Below are positions 16,351-25,500 of a stretch of DNA of 32,000 nucleotides, one piece after another (the stretch's first letter is position 1; every line of letters starts with the position of its first letter). The notes below the pieces were generated by a model. It ran no database searches, was not told the DNA's origin, and saw nothing but the letters and a program-made list of their open reading frames with translations. The DNA is taken from contig NZ_JAHDSX010000002.1 in assembly GCF_020969955.1 (NCBI RefSeq), forward strand, positions 1 to 32,000. The letters run 5' to 3'. A program made the translations under genes and the position numbers. This DNA comes from Allobaculum fili (GTDB taxonomy: Bacteria; Bacillota_I; Bacilli_A; Erysipelotrichales; Erysipelotrichaceae).

Positions 16351-19300
16351 ATGATTCATCTTCATACGCGATCACGCTATTCGCTGCTCGAGGCGGTTCT
16401 CGATATTGACGACATCATTCGCCTCGCCAAGGAAAATCATCAGACGGCTGTGGCCCTGACCGATCATCGTTCGATGTTTGCGACGATGTCTTTTGTGCAT
16501 GCCGCAAAAGAAGCCGGACTCAAGCCGATCATTGGACTGGAAGTCGAGACAAACTGGAAAAATCAGCCGATTTCCTTTTTGCTGCTGGCCAAAAACGGAC
16601 AGGGTCTGCATTCGCTTTATCTGCTTTCTACCCGACTGATGTCTGACTCGACGCCGCTTGAACTCGACGATATGAAGGCGTATGTCGACGGCTGTATTCT
16701 CATGAACGCAGGCGGCGACGACGTGTTCGAAACGCTCGCTCATGAGCCAAATGAAGACCTTCTGGATGAACTGCTCGATACGCTCAAATCCTTTGTCCTG
16801 GATCCGGACGATCTCTATATCGCAATGTCGATTCACGATTCACCGTATTTCCGTCAGAAAGATGAACAGCTCAAAAAGCGTGCCCAATTCAAAGAGATCC
16901 CGACCGTTGCGCTCAGCCGGATTGAATACGAAAAACCGGAAGATGAGCGCACCCTGCGCCTTCTGCAGGCGATCAATCAGCAGAAAGTGATCGACCATCC
17001 CGACATTCGGGTACGAAGCGGCCGCTACTGGCGAACAGAAGACGAAATGGAATCGCTCTACGACGCGGACGATCTCAAAGCCACGGAAACGATTGCCGCC
17101 CGAATTGAAGACTACCGTCTGCCCAAAGCAAGTCTGCCGCAGTTTGTCAACAAGGTAAATCTGAGCAGTGAAGACTACTTGCGCGAGCTGTGTCTGGCCG
17201 GTCTGAAAAAGCGGCTGCAGGGAAAAACGGTCAACGCGCAAGTGTATCGCGAGCGGCTTGATCATGAGCTGAATGTCATTTTGTCCATGGGGTTTGCGGA
17301 CTATTTTTTAATCGTATGGGACTTCATTCGCGAAGCGCGTTCCCGCAAAATTCTCGTCGGTCCCGGACGAGGCAGCGCGGCCGGATCGCTCGTTTCGTGG
17401 GTGCTGGGCATTTCGCACGTTGACCCGATTCAGTCCGGATTGCTCTTTGAACGTTTTCTCAATCCGGAGCGTATTTCCATGCCGGATATCGATACCGACT
17501 TTCCGGATAACCGCCGCGATGAAGTGATCGAATACGTACAGTCCGTCTATGGAAAAGGCCATGTCGCCCATATCGTGACTTTCTCCCGATTAAAAGCGCG
17601 TGCCGCTTTGCGCGACTGCGCGAAGGCATTAGGTCTTGGCGTACGGGAAGCGGACAAGCTGACGGCGATTGCGGCGACGATGCCAAACGAAACGCTGCCG
17701 TCGGTCTATGCACAAAGCCGCGCGTTTTCTTCGCTGGTAGAGAATTCGCCCTCGCTCAAAAAGCTGTATCACGCCGCCTGCGCCATTGAAGGCTTTCCAA
17801 GACATACGTCCATTCATGCCGGCGGTATTGTGCTGGCGCGGGATGTGATTACCGAACAGGCACCGATGATGGACGACGGCAGCAGCGTCCCTGCCGTTCA
17901 GTTTTCGATGGAACATCTCGAAGAAATTGGTCTGATCAAATTCGACTTTCTGGCGCTGCGCAACTTAAGCATGATCGAAGAAATCCTGCAGGAAATTCAG
18001 CGCCAGAACGGTCCGGTGATCGAACCGCTCCATCTGCCTTTAAACGATCCGCAAGTGTATGCGCTGCTGCGCACCGGCGATACGCTGGGCGTCTTTCAGC
18101 TGGAAAGTTCTGGCATTCGTCAGCTCATTTTGCGCTTCAAGCCGGAACGCTTTGAAGATATTGCCGCCATTCTGGCGCTGTATCGACCGGGCCCGATGAA
18201 AAGCATCGATACGTATCTGAACGCCCGTTTCAACCCGCGGGCCAGACAGTCGATCCATCCGCTGATCGATCCGATTCTGGCCGAAACCGGCGGCATTTTC
18301 CTGTATCAGGAGCAGATTATGGAAGCCGCAAGAATTCTGGGCGGATTTACTCTGGCTCAGGCGGACATTTTGCGAAAGGCGATGTCCAAGAAAAAACGCG
18401 AAACGATGGAAGCCTGGAAAAGCCGCTTTGTAGAAGGGGCGCAGAAGCAGGGAATTGAAGCCGAACAGGCTGACAAAATATTTGAAATCATGGAACAGTT
18501 TGCGGACTACGGCTTCAACAAGTCGCATTCGTACGCGTACGGTCTGATCGTTTACCAGATGGCGTGGCTGAAAACCCATTACCCGCTGTCGTTTTATCAG
18601 GTCCTGCTCGATTACACGGGCAAGTCCGGTGCCAAACTCGCCAGCATTTTGGGCGAAGCCGCCCATCGGCACATTCGCGTTTTGCCAGTATCGCTCAACC
18701 GCTCCGGTACCCGTTATCAGATCGAAGGCAACGCGCTTCGGATTCCGCTTACCCAGGTCCGTACGTTTTCGAGACAGCAGGCTGAAAAGATTGAACAGGA
18801 GCGCCAGGAACATGGCCCCTTTACGGATCCGGTCATGTCGGTGCTGCGTCTTTCCGCACTGAAAATCAAGGACGAGCAGATCGTCAGCCTCGTTCGGACC
18901 GGTGCCTTTGATGAAATGGGCATCAACCGCGAGAGTCTGGAAGCCGCGCTGGAAGAAATTCTTCGTCTGGGCGATCTGGCCATGCTGGATCCCGAAGGCG
19001 GCGGGTGGCGTCTGGCCGGCGTTTCCGCGCCGATCGTCGCCAGACTTCCCGTCGATCCAGCCAGACGAATCGTTCACGAAAAGGACGTGCTCGGCTTTCT
19101 GAGCGGCCCGCATCCGGCGGAAGGCGTTCGCGCATCGGATCGATCCCTCGTATCGATTGCGGCTGCAGGCCGTCTCAAAGGTGGTACGAGCCTACGCATC
19201 TGCGCCATGATTTCCCGCATCCACCTGCATAAGACGAAGAAAGGCGATACAATGGCTTACGTTACGCTCGATGACGATACCGGACAGATGGAAGGCGCTG

Positions 19301-19455
19301 TCATGCCCACGACGTATGCCAGAGCGCAGGACGATTTGAAAGACGGTGCGTTTGTGGTCGCCCAGGGCAGGATGGATCAGCGAAGGGAAGGGTCCATGGC
19401 GATTTTTGAACTCCACTTTCTGCCGCTCAGTTCTGGTCCAGTCCGACGGCGCTGA
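16351..19455 (+). CDS. dnaE: DNA polymerase III alpha subunit, DnaE type (1034 aa)
   Basis: The N-terminal PHP domain (HLHTRSRYSLLEA ... ALTDHRSMF), the polymerase core (GRGSAAGSLVSWVLGISHVDP, PDIDTDF, FDFLALRNL, KSHSYAY) and a C-terminal OB fold are present. Confidence 0.95.
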   Translation: MIHLHTRSRYSLLEAVLDIDDIIRLAKENHQTAVALTDHRSMFATMSFVHAAKEAGLKPIIGLEVETNWKNQPISFLLLAKNGQGLHSLYLLSTRLMSDSTPLELDDMKAYVDGCILMNAGGDDVFETLAHEPNEDLLDELLDTLKSFVLDPDDLYIAMSIHDSPYFRQKDEQLKKRAQFKEIPTVALSRIEYEKPEDERTLRLLQAINQQKVIDHPDIRVRSGRYWRTEDEMESLYDADDLKATETIAARIEDYRLPKASLPQFVNKVNLSSEDYLRELCLAGLKKRLQGKTVNAQVYRERLDHELNVILSMGFADYFLIVWDFIREARSRKILVGPGRGSAAGSLVSWVLGISHVDPIQSGLLFERFLNPERISMPDIDTDFPDNRRDEVIEYVQSVYGKGHVAHIVTFSRLKARAALRDCAKALGLGVREADKLTAIAATMPNETLPSVYAQSRAFSSLVENSPSLKKLYHAACAIEGFPRHTSIHAGGIVLARDVITEQAPMMDDGSSVPAVQFSMEHLEEIGLIKFDFLALRNLSMIEEILQEIQRQNGPVIEPLHLPLNDPQVYALLRTGDTLGVFQLESSGIRQLILRFKPERFEDIAAILALYRPGPMKSIDTYLNARFNPRARQSIHPLIDPILAETGGIFLYQEQIMEAARILGGFTLAQADILRKAMSKKKRETMEAWKSRFVEGAQKQGIEAEQADKIFEIMEQFADYGFNKSHSYAYGLIVYQMAWLKTHYPLSFYQVLLDYTGKSGAKLASILGEAAHRHIRVLPVSLNRSGTRYQIEGNALRIPLTQVRTFSRQQAEKIEQERQEHGPFTDPVMSVLRLSALKIKDEQIVSLVRTGAFDEMGINRESLEAALEEILRLGDLAMLDPEGGGWRLAGVSAPIVARLPVDPARRIVHEKDVLGFLSGPHPAEGVRASDRSLVSIAAAGRLKGGTSLRICAMISRIHLHKTKKGDTMAYVTLDDDTGQMEGAVMPTTYARAQDDLKDGAFVVAQGRMDQRREGSMAIFELHFLPLSSGPVRRR

Positions 19456-19657
19456 GCCAATGAGTCGTACCGGTCTGAAACGATTCGAGCCGGTACAAAC
19501 AGATAACGAAAGGCAGAACTAAGAAGAATCAAGCAGAAAAAAACTCAAAAATCAGGATGCTGAATCCAAAAAAGAAACGAAAACCCTTTCGGCGGCTGGC
19601 TTCGCGGCCAATGCCAAAAAAGCAATTCGCCTTTGCCTAAAGGCTCAATTTACCTAC

Positions 19658-19686
19658 TTGACGCGGACATAAGGAATCATTAATAT
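19658..19686 (+). promoter_or_regulatory. Sigma-A promoter of the rplU-prp-rpmA operon
   Basis: TTGACG (19658..19663), exactly 17 nt of spacer, then TAATAT (19681..19686). Confidence 0.6.
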
Positions 19687-19692
19687 ATGTCT

Positions 19693-19791
19693 GTTGCAGT
19701 CTTCACGACTTGCAACCGCACAGAAGAGGCTTTAAAGCGGCGACAAGCCCGCCTTCATGGCGAGTATCAAGAATCGGAAAGGAGACCATCT
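19693..19791 (+). ncRNA. Probable L21 ribosomal-protein leader (cis-regulatory 5' UTR)
   Basis: A ~100-nt untranslated leader lies between the promoter and the real rplU start. A 9-bp hairpin (GTTGCAGTC-ttcac-GAC(T)TGCAAC, 19693..19716) is followed by a GGCG-acaagcc-CGCC hairpin. The position matches the L21 leader known in Firmicutes. No covariance model was run. Confidence 0.5.
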
Positions 19792-20094
19792 ATGTACGCA
19801 ATTATCGAAACCGGCGGAAAACAGATCAAGGTTGAAGACGGATCCGTAATCTGGGTAGAAAAACTGAACGCTCAGGAAGGTGAAACCGTAACATTCGACA
19901 AAGTTCTGTACGCAGACGGAAAAATCGGCAAACCCTTCGTGGAGGGCGCCGTTGTAACCGGCGTGGTTGAAAAACAGGGCAAAGGCAAGAAAATCACGAT
20001 CGTGAAATACCGCCCGAAAAAATCTTCCACACGCAGAAAACAGGGTCACAGACAGCCCTATACGCGCGTTAAAATCGAATCCATTCAGGCTTAA
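19792..20094 (+). CDS. rplU: 50S ribosomal protein L21
   Basis: [14 protein letters not shown] is the canonical L21 N-terminus. GGAAAGGAGA is the SD. The ATG at 19687 in the ORF track lies immediately after the promoter -10 element, upstream of the predicted transcription start. Confidence 0.95.
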   Translation: MYAIIETGGKQIKVEDGSVIWVEKLNAQEGETVTFDKVLYADGKIGKPFVEGAVVTGVVEKQGKGKKITIVKYRPKKSSTRRKQGHRQPYTRVKIESIQA

Positions 20095-20402
20095 TGATTC
20101 GGATCCGTATTGCTCGGCGCGGCACGGATATTCAGGAAATTAAGATTACCGGACACGCTCTGTCGGCTCCATACGGAGAAGACCTGGTGTGCTGCGGCGT
20201 ATCAGCCATTTCCATATCCGCATTAAACGCGATCGACGAAATGTTCCCAGAAGCCTGCCGGCTTGTCTGCGAAGACAACCGCATTCTCATCGATGTTCAG
20301 ACGAGCAGTGAGAAACTGCAGACGGCTCTGGACATGGTTGCGCTTCAGCTTCAGTGCATGGCGCAGACGTATCCAAAGCACATCCAGCTGGGAACGGATT
20401 AA
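20094..20402 (+). CDS. prp: Ribosomal-processing cysteine protease Prp (YsxB family)
   Basis: It is about 100 aa and lies between rplU and rpmA. Catalytic-pair motifs are ITGHA and DLVCCGVSA. Its start overlaps the rplU stop (TAATG). Confidence 0.9.
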   Translation: MIRIRIARRGTDIQEIKITGHALSAPYGEDLVCCGVSAISISALNAIDEMFPEACRLVCEDNRILIDVQTSSEKLQTALDMVALQLQCMAQTYPKHIQLGTD

Positions 20403-20448
20403 CGTGCAGCTTTATATTTCAATCATCCGAAGAGAAAGAGGTAAAATC

Positions 20449-20733
20449 ATGCGTTTTAATATGGACCTTCAGTTCTTCGCTTCCAAAAAAGGTGTAGGTT
20501 CGACAAAGAACGGCCGTGATTCGCACTCCAAACGCCTTGGTGCGAAACTCGCAGACGGACAGAAATGTCTGGCCGGTGCTGTCATCTACCGTCAGCGCGG
20601 AACTAAAATTCATCCCGGAACAAATGTAGGCAGAGGCGGCGACGATACGCTCTTCGCTACAGTTGACGGCGTTGTTAAATACGAAAGACTCGGCAAAACA
20701 AGAAAGAAAGTTTCTGTTTACCCAGTTGACTAA
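20449..20733 (+). CDS. rpmA: 50S ribosomal protein L27 with N-terminal propeptide
   Basis: The sequence reads [31 protein letters not shown]. An SD (AGAGGT) precedes the ATG at 20449. The upstream 62 codons in the ORF track overlap prp and are not L27-like. Confidence 0.95.
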   Translation: MRFNMDLQFFASKKGVGSTKNGRDSHSKRLGAKLADGQKCLAGAVIYRQRGTKIHPGTNVGRGGDDTLFATVDGVVKYERLGKTRKKVSVYPVD

Positions 20734-20747
20734 GCAAACATTAAATT

Positions 20748-20770
20748 GAGCCTGTCCAAGGCTCTTTTTT
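20748..20770 (+). terminator. Intrinsic terminator after rpmA
   Basis: GAGCC-tgtccaa-GGCTC is followed by TTTTTT. Confidence 0.75.
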
Positions 20771-20810
20771 CATGTATGAAATATGATGATCAGGAGAGTG
20801 AGGTACCAGC

Positions 20811-22094
20811 ATGTTTGTAGATCAGGTCAAAGTTCACGTCAAAGCCGGTAAGGGCGGCGATGGACTCGTGTCGTTCAAACACGAAAAATATATTGCCAAT
20901 GGAGGTCCTTTCGGAGGAGACGGAGGAAATGGCGGCAGCGTCATCTTTGAAGCCGATCCCGGTATGGTCACCCTTCTGGATCTGCGTTTCAACCGGATTA
21001 TCCGTGCCCAGGAAGGGGAGAAGGGAAAGAACAAGCGGATGCACGGCGCCAACGCCTGCGATCGTATTGTTAAAGTGCCGCTCGGCACAATCGTCAAGCG
21101 TGCCGATACCGGCCAGATTCTGGCCGATCTGACGGAAGCCCATCAGCAGCAGGTTGTCGCGAAAGGCGGCCAGGGCGGACGCGGAAACTCGCGATTTAAA
21201 TCGTCCCGCAACGTCGCGCCGCGCTATGCGGAGCCGGGCAAGGAAGGTGAAGAATTCGATGTCATCGTCGAACTGCGCACCCTTGCGGATGTCGGCCTCG
21301 TCGGCTATCCGTCGGTCGGCAAATCTACATTCCTGGACGCTGTATCGCGTGCCCGCCCGGAAATCGGCGATTATCCGTTTACGACCATTACGCCAAACGT
21401 CGGCGTAGTCCAGACCAAGGACGGCCGCAGCTTTGTCATGGCGGACCTGCCAGGGCTGATTGACGGCGCCAGCGAAGGAAAGGGCCTTGGCCATCAGTTC
21501 CTTCGTCATATCGAACGCTGCCGCGTTATCATTCATGTCATCGACATGGGCGGCGAAGAAGGCCGTGATCCGGTACAGGATTACGCCAATATCAACAAGG
21601 AACTCGAAAACTACCATCTGCGTCTGCTTGAACGCCCGCAGATTGTGGTCGCCAATAAAATGGACGAAGAACATGCACAGGAAAATCTGCGCCGCTTCAA
21701 GGAAGCCTATCCGGATCTCGAAGTCTTTGAGACGATGACCCTCATTCACGAAGGCCTGGATCCGGTACTGCGCAAAGCGGCCGATCTGCTCGAGACGACG
21801 CCGGTTTTCCCGGTCCTTGACGAAAACGAGCAGGATCAGGGCGTTACGTATACGTTCGCCGAAAAAGAGAAGCCCTTTACGATCGAGCAGGCGGCTCCTG
21901 GACGCTACAAAGTCTATGGACCGCTCATCAAGAAAAACTTCAATCTCGACAAGCTCAATACAGATGAGGACTTCTACAACTTCGCCAATCAGATGCGCTT
22001 CCTTGGCATCGATAAGCATTTGCGCGAAGCCGGCGCGGAAGACGGCGACGTGGTGGAACTCGAAGGCTACGAGTTCGAATTCCTGGAAAACTAG
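20811..22094 (+). CDS. obg: GTPase Obg/CgtA
   Basis: The glycine-rich Obg fold is present (KAGKGGDGLVSF, GGDGGNGGSV, GGQGGRGN). G motifs are GYPSVGKST, DLPGLI and NKMD. A C-terminal OCT domain follows. Confidence 0.95.
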   Translation: MFVDQVKVHVKAGKGGDGLVSFKHEKYIANGGPFGGDGGNGGSVIFEADPGMVTLLDLRFNRIIRAQEGEKGKNKRMHGANACDRIVKVPLGTIVKRADTGQILADLTEAHQQQVVAKGGQGGRGNSRFKSSRNVAPRYAEPGKEGEEFDVIVELRTLADVGLVGYPSVGKSTFLDAVSRARPEIGDYPFTTITPNVGVVQTKDGRSFVMADLPGLIDGASEGKGLGHQFLRHIERCRVIIHVIDMGGEEGRDPVQDYANINKELENYHLRLLERPQIVVANKMDEEHAQENLRRFKEAYPDLEVFETMTLIHEGLDPVLRKAADLLETTPVFPVLDENEQDQGVTYTFAEKEKPFTIEQAAPGRYKVYGPLIKKNFNLDKLNTDEDFYNFANQMRFLGIDKHLREAGAEDGDVVELEGYEFEFLEN

Positions 22095-22188
22095 TTTTCC
22101 CCATACTTTTAAATGTTTAATAACAGGTCGTCTGTCCCAGAACGGAAAAACAGTTTCTGGTAAAAATGGATGATGTCCGTGCAGATTC

Positions 22189-22226
22189 AAGCCGAAAGGA
22201 ATATTGTTTTCCTCTCGGCTTTTTTT
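22189..22226 (+). terminator. Intrinsic terminator after obg
   Basis: AAGCCGAAAGGAA pairs with TTCCTCTCGGCTT with one mismatch and a 7-nt loop. A run of T residues follows. Confidence 0.75.
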
Positions 22227-22535
22227 GCGTTCATCGCCTTTTACCTATTGAAAAGGCGAGCTTTTCTAAAATCTGCAAGGCATTTCACTAAAGGGATCTG
22301 TTTTCTGCTATTTTTTAAAGTTAAAATGTAAAGGATATCATTCCACTTTCCCTAAGATGTAAATCAAGAATGAACAAAGTCCAGCGTTTTTGGCAGATAT
22401 GTCTATTCATATTGAAAAAGTATTCGGGCTGTTTTTTTCTTTTTCAGGCAGTCTCTGTTCGGGCAAAATACAGAGAAAACCGCAAAAGAATATGGATTTG
22501 AATGTCGAAAACCGGAGAAAAAAGAAGGAGTAAAA

Positions 22536-25500
22536 ATGAAAAAAGCTGCTAAGCTGACCAGCGCGTTTCTTTCGCTGCTGCTCGGCGCCAGTCCGCTGTT
22601 AACGACGACCATCCCGGCCGTAGCCAACGAAGCCAGAGCCGGGCAGGATGACGCACTGACCGGCGAAGTTATTGACGTCACGGAATACGGTGCGGATCCG
22701 TCCGGATACAAGGACAGTTCCCCTGCCATCATCGAGGCCATTGCTGCGGCCAAGGAAAAGACGGATGCAGGCGAGTCTGTCACGCTTTCTTTTCCAAAGG
22801 GCGAATACAATTTCTACCCGGACAAGGCCACGAAAAAACTGCTCTACCTGTCCAACACAACCGGTGCGAATACCAGCGCATCGCAGCGCACCATCGGAAT
22901 CTGTATTGAAGACATGCAGAACGTTACCATCGACGGCAACGGTTCCCGTTTTGTTTACCACGGCAAGATGACGCCGTATGCGTCGATTTCTTCGGAAAAT
23001 GTCGTATTCAAAAACTTCAGTATCGATTACGCGGCACCAACCTGTCTGGAAATGACTGCGGTTGTGGTGGACCAGGCTGCAAAAACGATCACGTACCACA
23101 TTCCGGAAAGTCTGACCTACACTCTGGATGGAACGAACATCAACTGGAGTTCAGACAAATCGCCCTATACCGGTCAGCCGTACTGGACTCAGGCGAACTC
23201 ATACAGCTATACCCAGAGCTTTGACGCGGTAAGCGGCGATGCGTGGCGCGGAAGTTCGGATCCTCGTTCCGGTGCTTCAAGCATTGAAGATCTTGGAAAC
23301 CACATGCTTAAGATCCACTATTCTTCCATGCCGGACATTCCGGCTGGCCGCGTTTATCAAACCCGCAACACGCTGCGCGATCAGACCGCAGGAACGCTGG
23401 CGTATTCCAAAAACGTCACCCTGCAGAACATCGAAGAAAACTACGTTCACGGTTTTGGCATCATCGTGCAGATGTGCGAAGACATTACGCTGGACGGCGT
23501 TATCTTCGATACGCCGGACAACTCCGGACGCGCAACGTCCTCAAGTGCCGATGACATCAACATTTCCGGTGTCAAAGGAAAAATCACGATCAAGAACTCC
23601 CGGTTCCACAATCCGCACGATGACCCGATCAACGTGCATGGAACATTTCTGAAAGTCACAAACGTAGATGGAAACAAAGTCACCGTGGAATACCAGCATA
23701 ACGAGACATCCGGTTTTCCGAACTACTTTGTCGGCGACAAGATTGAGTTCTCCGAAAAGGGAAGCATGGCGCCAGTAGCCAATTCTACCCGTACAGTTAC
23801 GGCAGTCAGCTCTCCGGATGGCAAAGGCGGCTGGATCGGAGAAAATACCGGTTCTCTGGGCCGCATCGTCCTGACGCTCGATGAGGCGGTGCCCGCTGGC
23901 ATTACCGCCAACAACTACCTGACCGAAAACATTTCCTATACGCCGGATGTCGACATTCATGACAACGTCTTTGACGCCTCGCCGACGCGCGGAATTCTCT
24001 GTACGACCCGCGGCAATGTCCAGATTCATGACAACATGTTCAACCGCATGAACATGGCGGGCATTTACATTTCCTGTGACGGTCAGTCCTGGTATGAATC
24101 TGGCCGTTCGACCAATGTGAACATCTATAACAACACATTTATCAACGGCAACTCACAGGACATTTTCATTGATCCGACTAACCCGAACGTTTCCAAGGAC
24201 AAGCCGGTTCATCACAACATCAACATTGAAAACAATACGTTCTATACCGAAGGCCATAAAGTACTGGACGCTAAGAGTACCGAAGGCATCACGTTCAAGA
24301 ACAATACCGTTCTTCGCTCGCAGCCGTTCTCTTCGCTCAGTTTCACAACCACAAGCGATGAGATGACAGTGGGCGATACGATGGTTCCGACAGCCACAAT
24401 GGAAATGAACAAGTATACTTCCAACCTGTTCTCCTTTAACGGCTGCTCGAATATTAAATTTGAAGGCAACACCTATGATCCGCAGCTGCGCCCGGGCATT
24501 GACTTTGGCGGAGGAACAAATGCGGCTGACGTCACATCCACCGACCAGACCAGCGCGTCTCTGAACCAGAACCTGCCGGAAGATGCCAAAGCCTACTATC
24601 TTTCCAGCGATCCATCCGTGATTTCCACCGATGCCGCCGGCAACCTGATTGCGGAAGGCCCAGGTGAAGCCACCATTACCGGCTATGTCATCAGCGGAAC
24701 CCGTAAATTCGAGATGGGAAGCAAAACCATCACCGTTACCGGCGATGCGTCCACATCGGATGCGACGATCGCCGTATCCAGCAATAAAACGGTCCTCAAC
24801 GGCGGAGACACCGCCAAACTGAGCGCCACAGTAACCGGTGCTGAAGAAGGAACGAAAGTTTCCTGGATCGTTCGCGACGCCTTTACCGGACAGGAAACCG
24901 ATGGGGCAACCATTACCGAAGACGGCACCCTTACCGCCGGCAATGCAACATTCATCGTCCGCGTAACGGCAAAAGCTGCAGGCACTTCCGCAAGTACCTT
25001 GATCCAGATCAATGGTGCGCGTGAATACAAACTGAGCGATGCGCTGAGCGTTCTGCACGCAGCCGAAAGTGATTCGGACCTGTCGCGTGTCGTTTATGGC
25101 GACGGCACGATCAAAATGCCTCTGCTTCCTGTTGGTCTGTATCAGCAGCAGGCCGCTGCACATACGCTGGGAACGGCAGTACCAGAAGGTATCGATAAAA
25201 CAGACTTTACTGTAACAGTAAAAGCCAGCACGCCAGACGGCAACGGAAACTGGGGCTACAGCGGCCTGTATCTCTTTAAGGATCAGGACAATTACGTCTC
25301 AGTAGAAAAGAAGAGCCGCGACGGCTCGAGCAATGTCTCCGAGCGCATGGCCATGGTCCGCGAAGTCAGTCAACATGCAGCGGAAACGTGGAATGGCGGC
25401 ACGGAAGGCGACGGTGAAAACCTGAACACCGCTGCGGATGTATGGTATCGAATCGTTAAGAAAGACACTACGATCGAAGGCTACTACAGCAAGGACGGCG

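Noticed and set aside
19687-19791. N-terminal extensions offered by the ORF track: rplU from 19687, rpmA from 20263, the permease from 1983, the ATPase from 2647, cdsA from 5123, pyrH from 2997 and the SseB-like gene from 8089.
   Set aside because: The extensions overlap promoters, leaders or upstream genes and lack SDs. Internal starts give canonical N-termini with properly spaced SDs.
22370-22533. Small ORFs upstream of the giant gene: a 43-codon ORF (22370..22501, MNKVQRFWQICLFILKKYSG...) and a 13-codon uORF (22492..22533) that ends 2 nt before the main ATG.
   Set aside because: Neither has an SD. Both lie in AT-rich DNA where short ORFs arise by chance, and I can see no conservation evidence.
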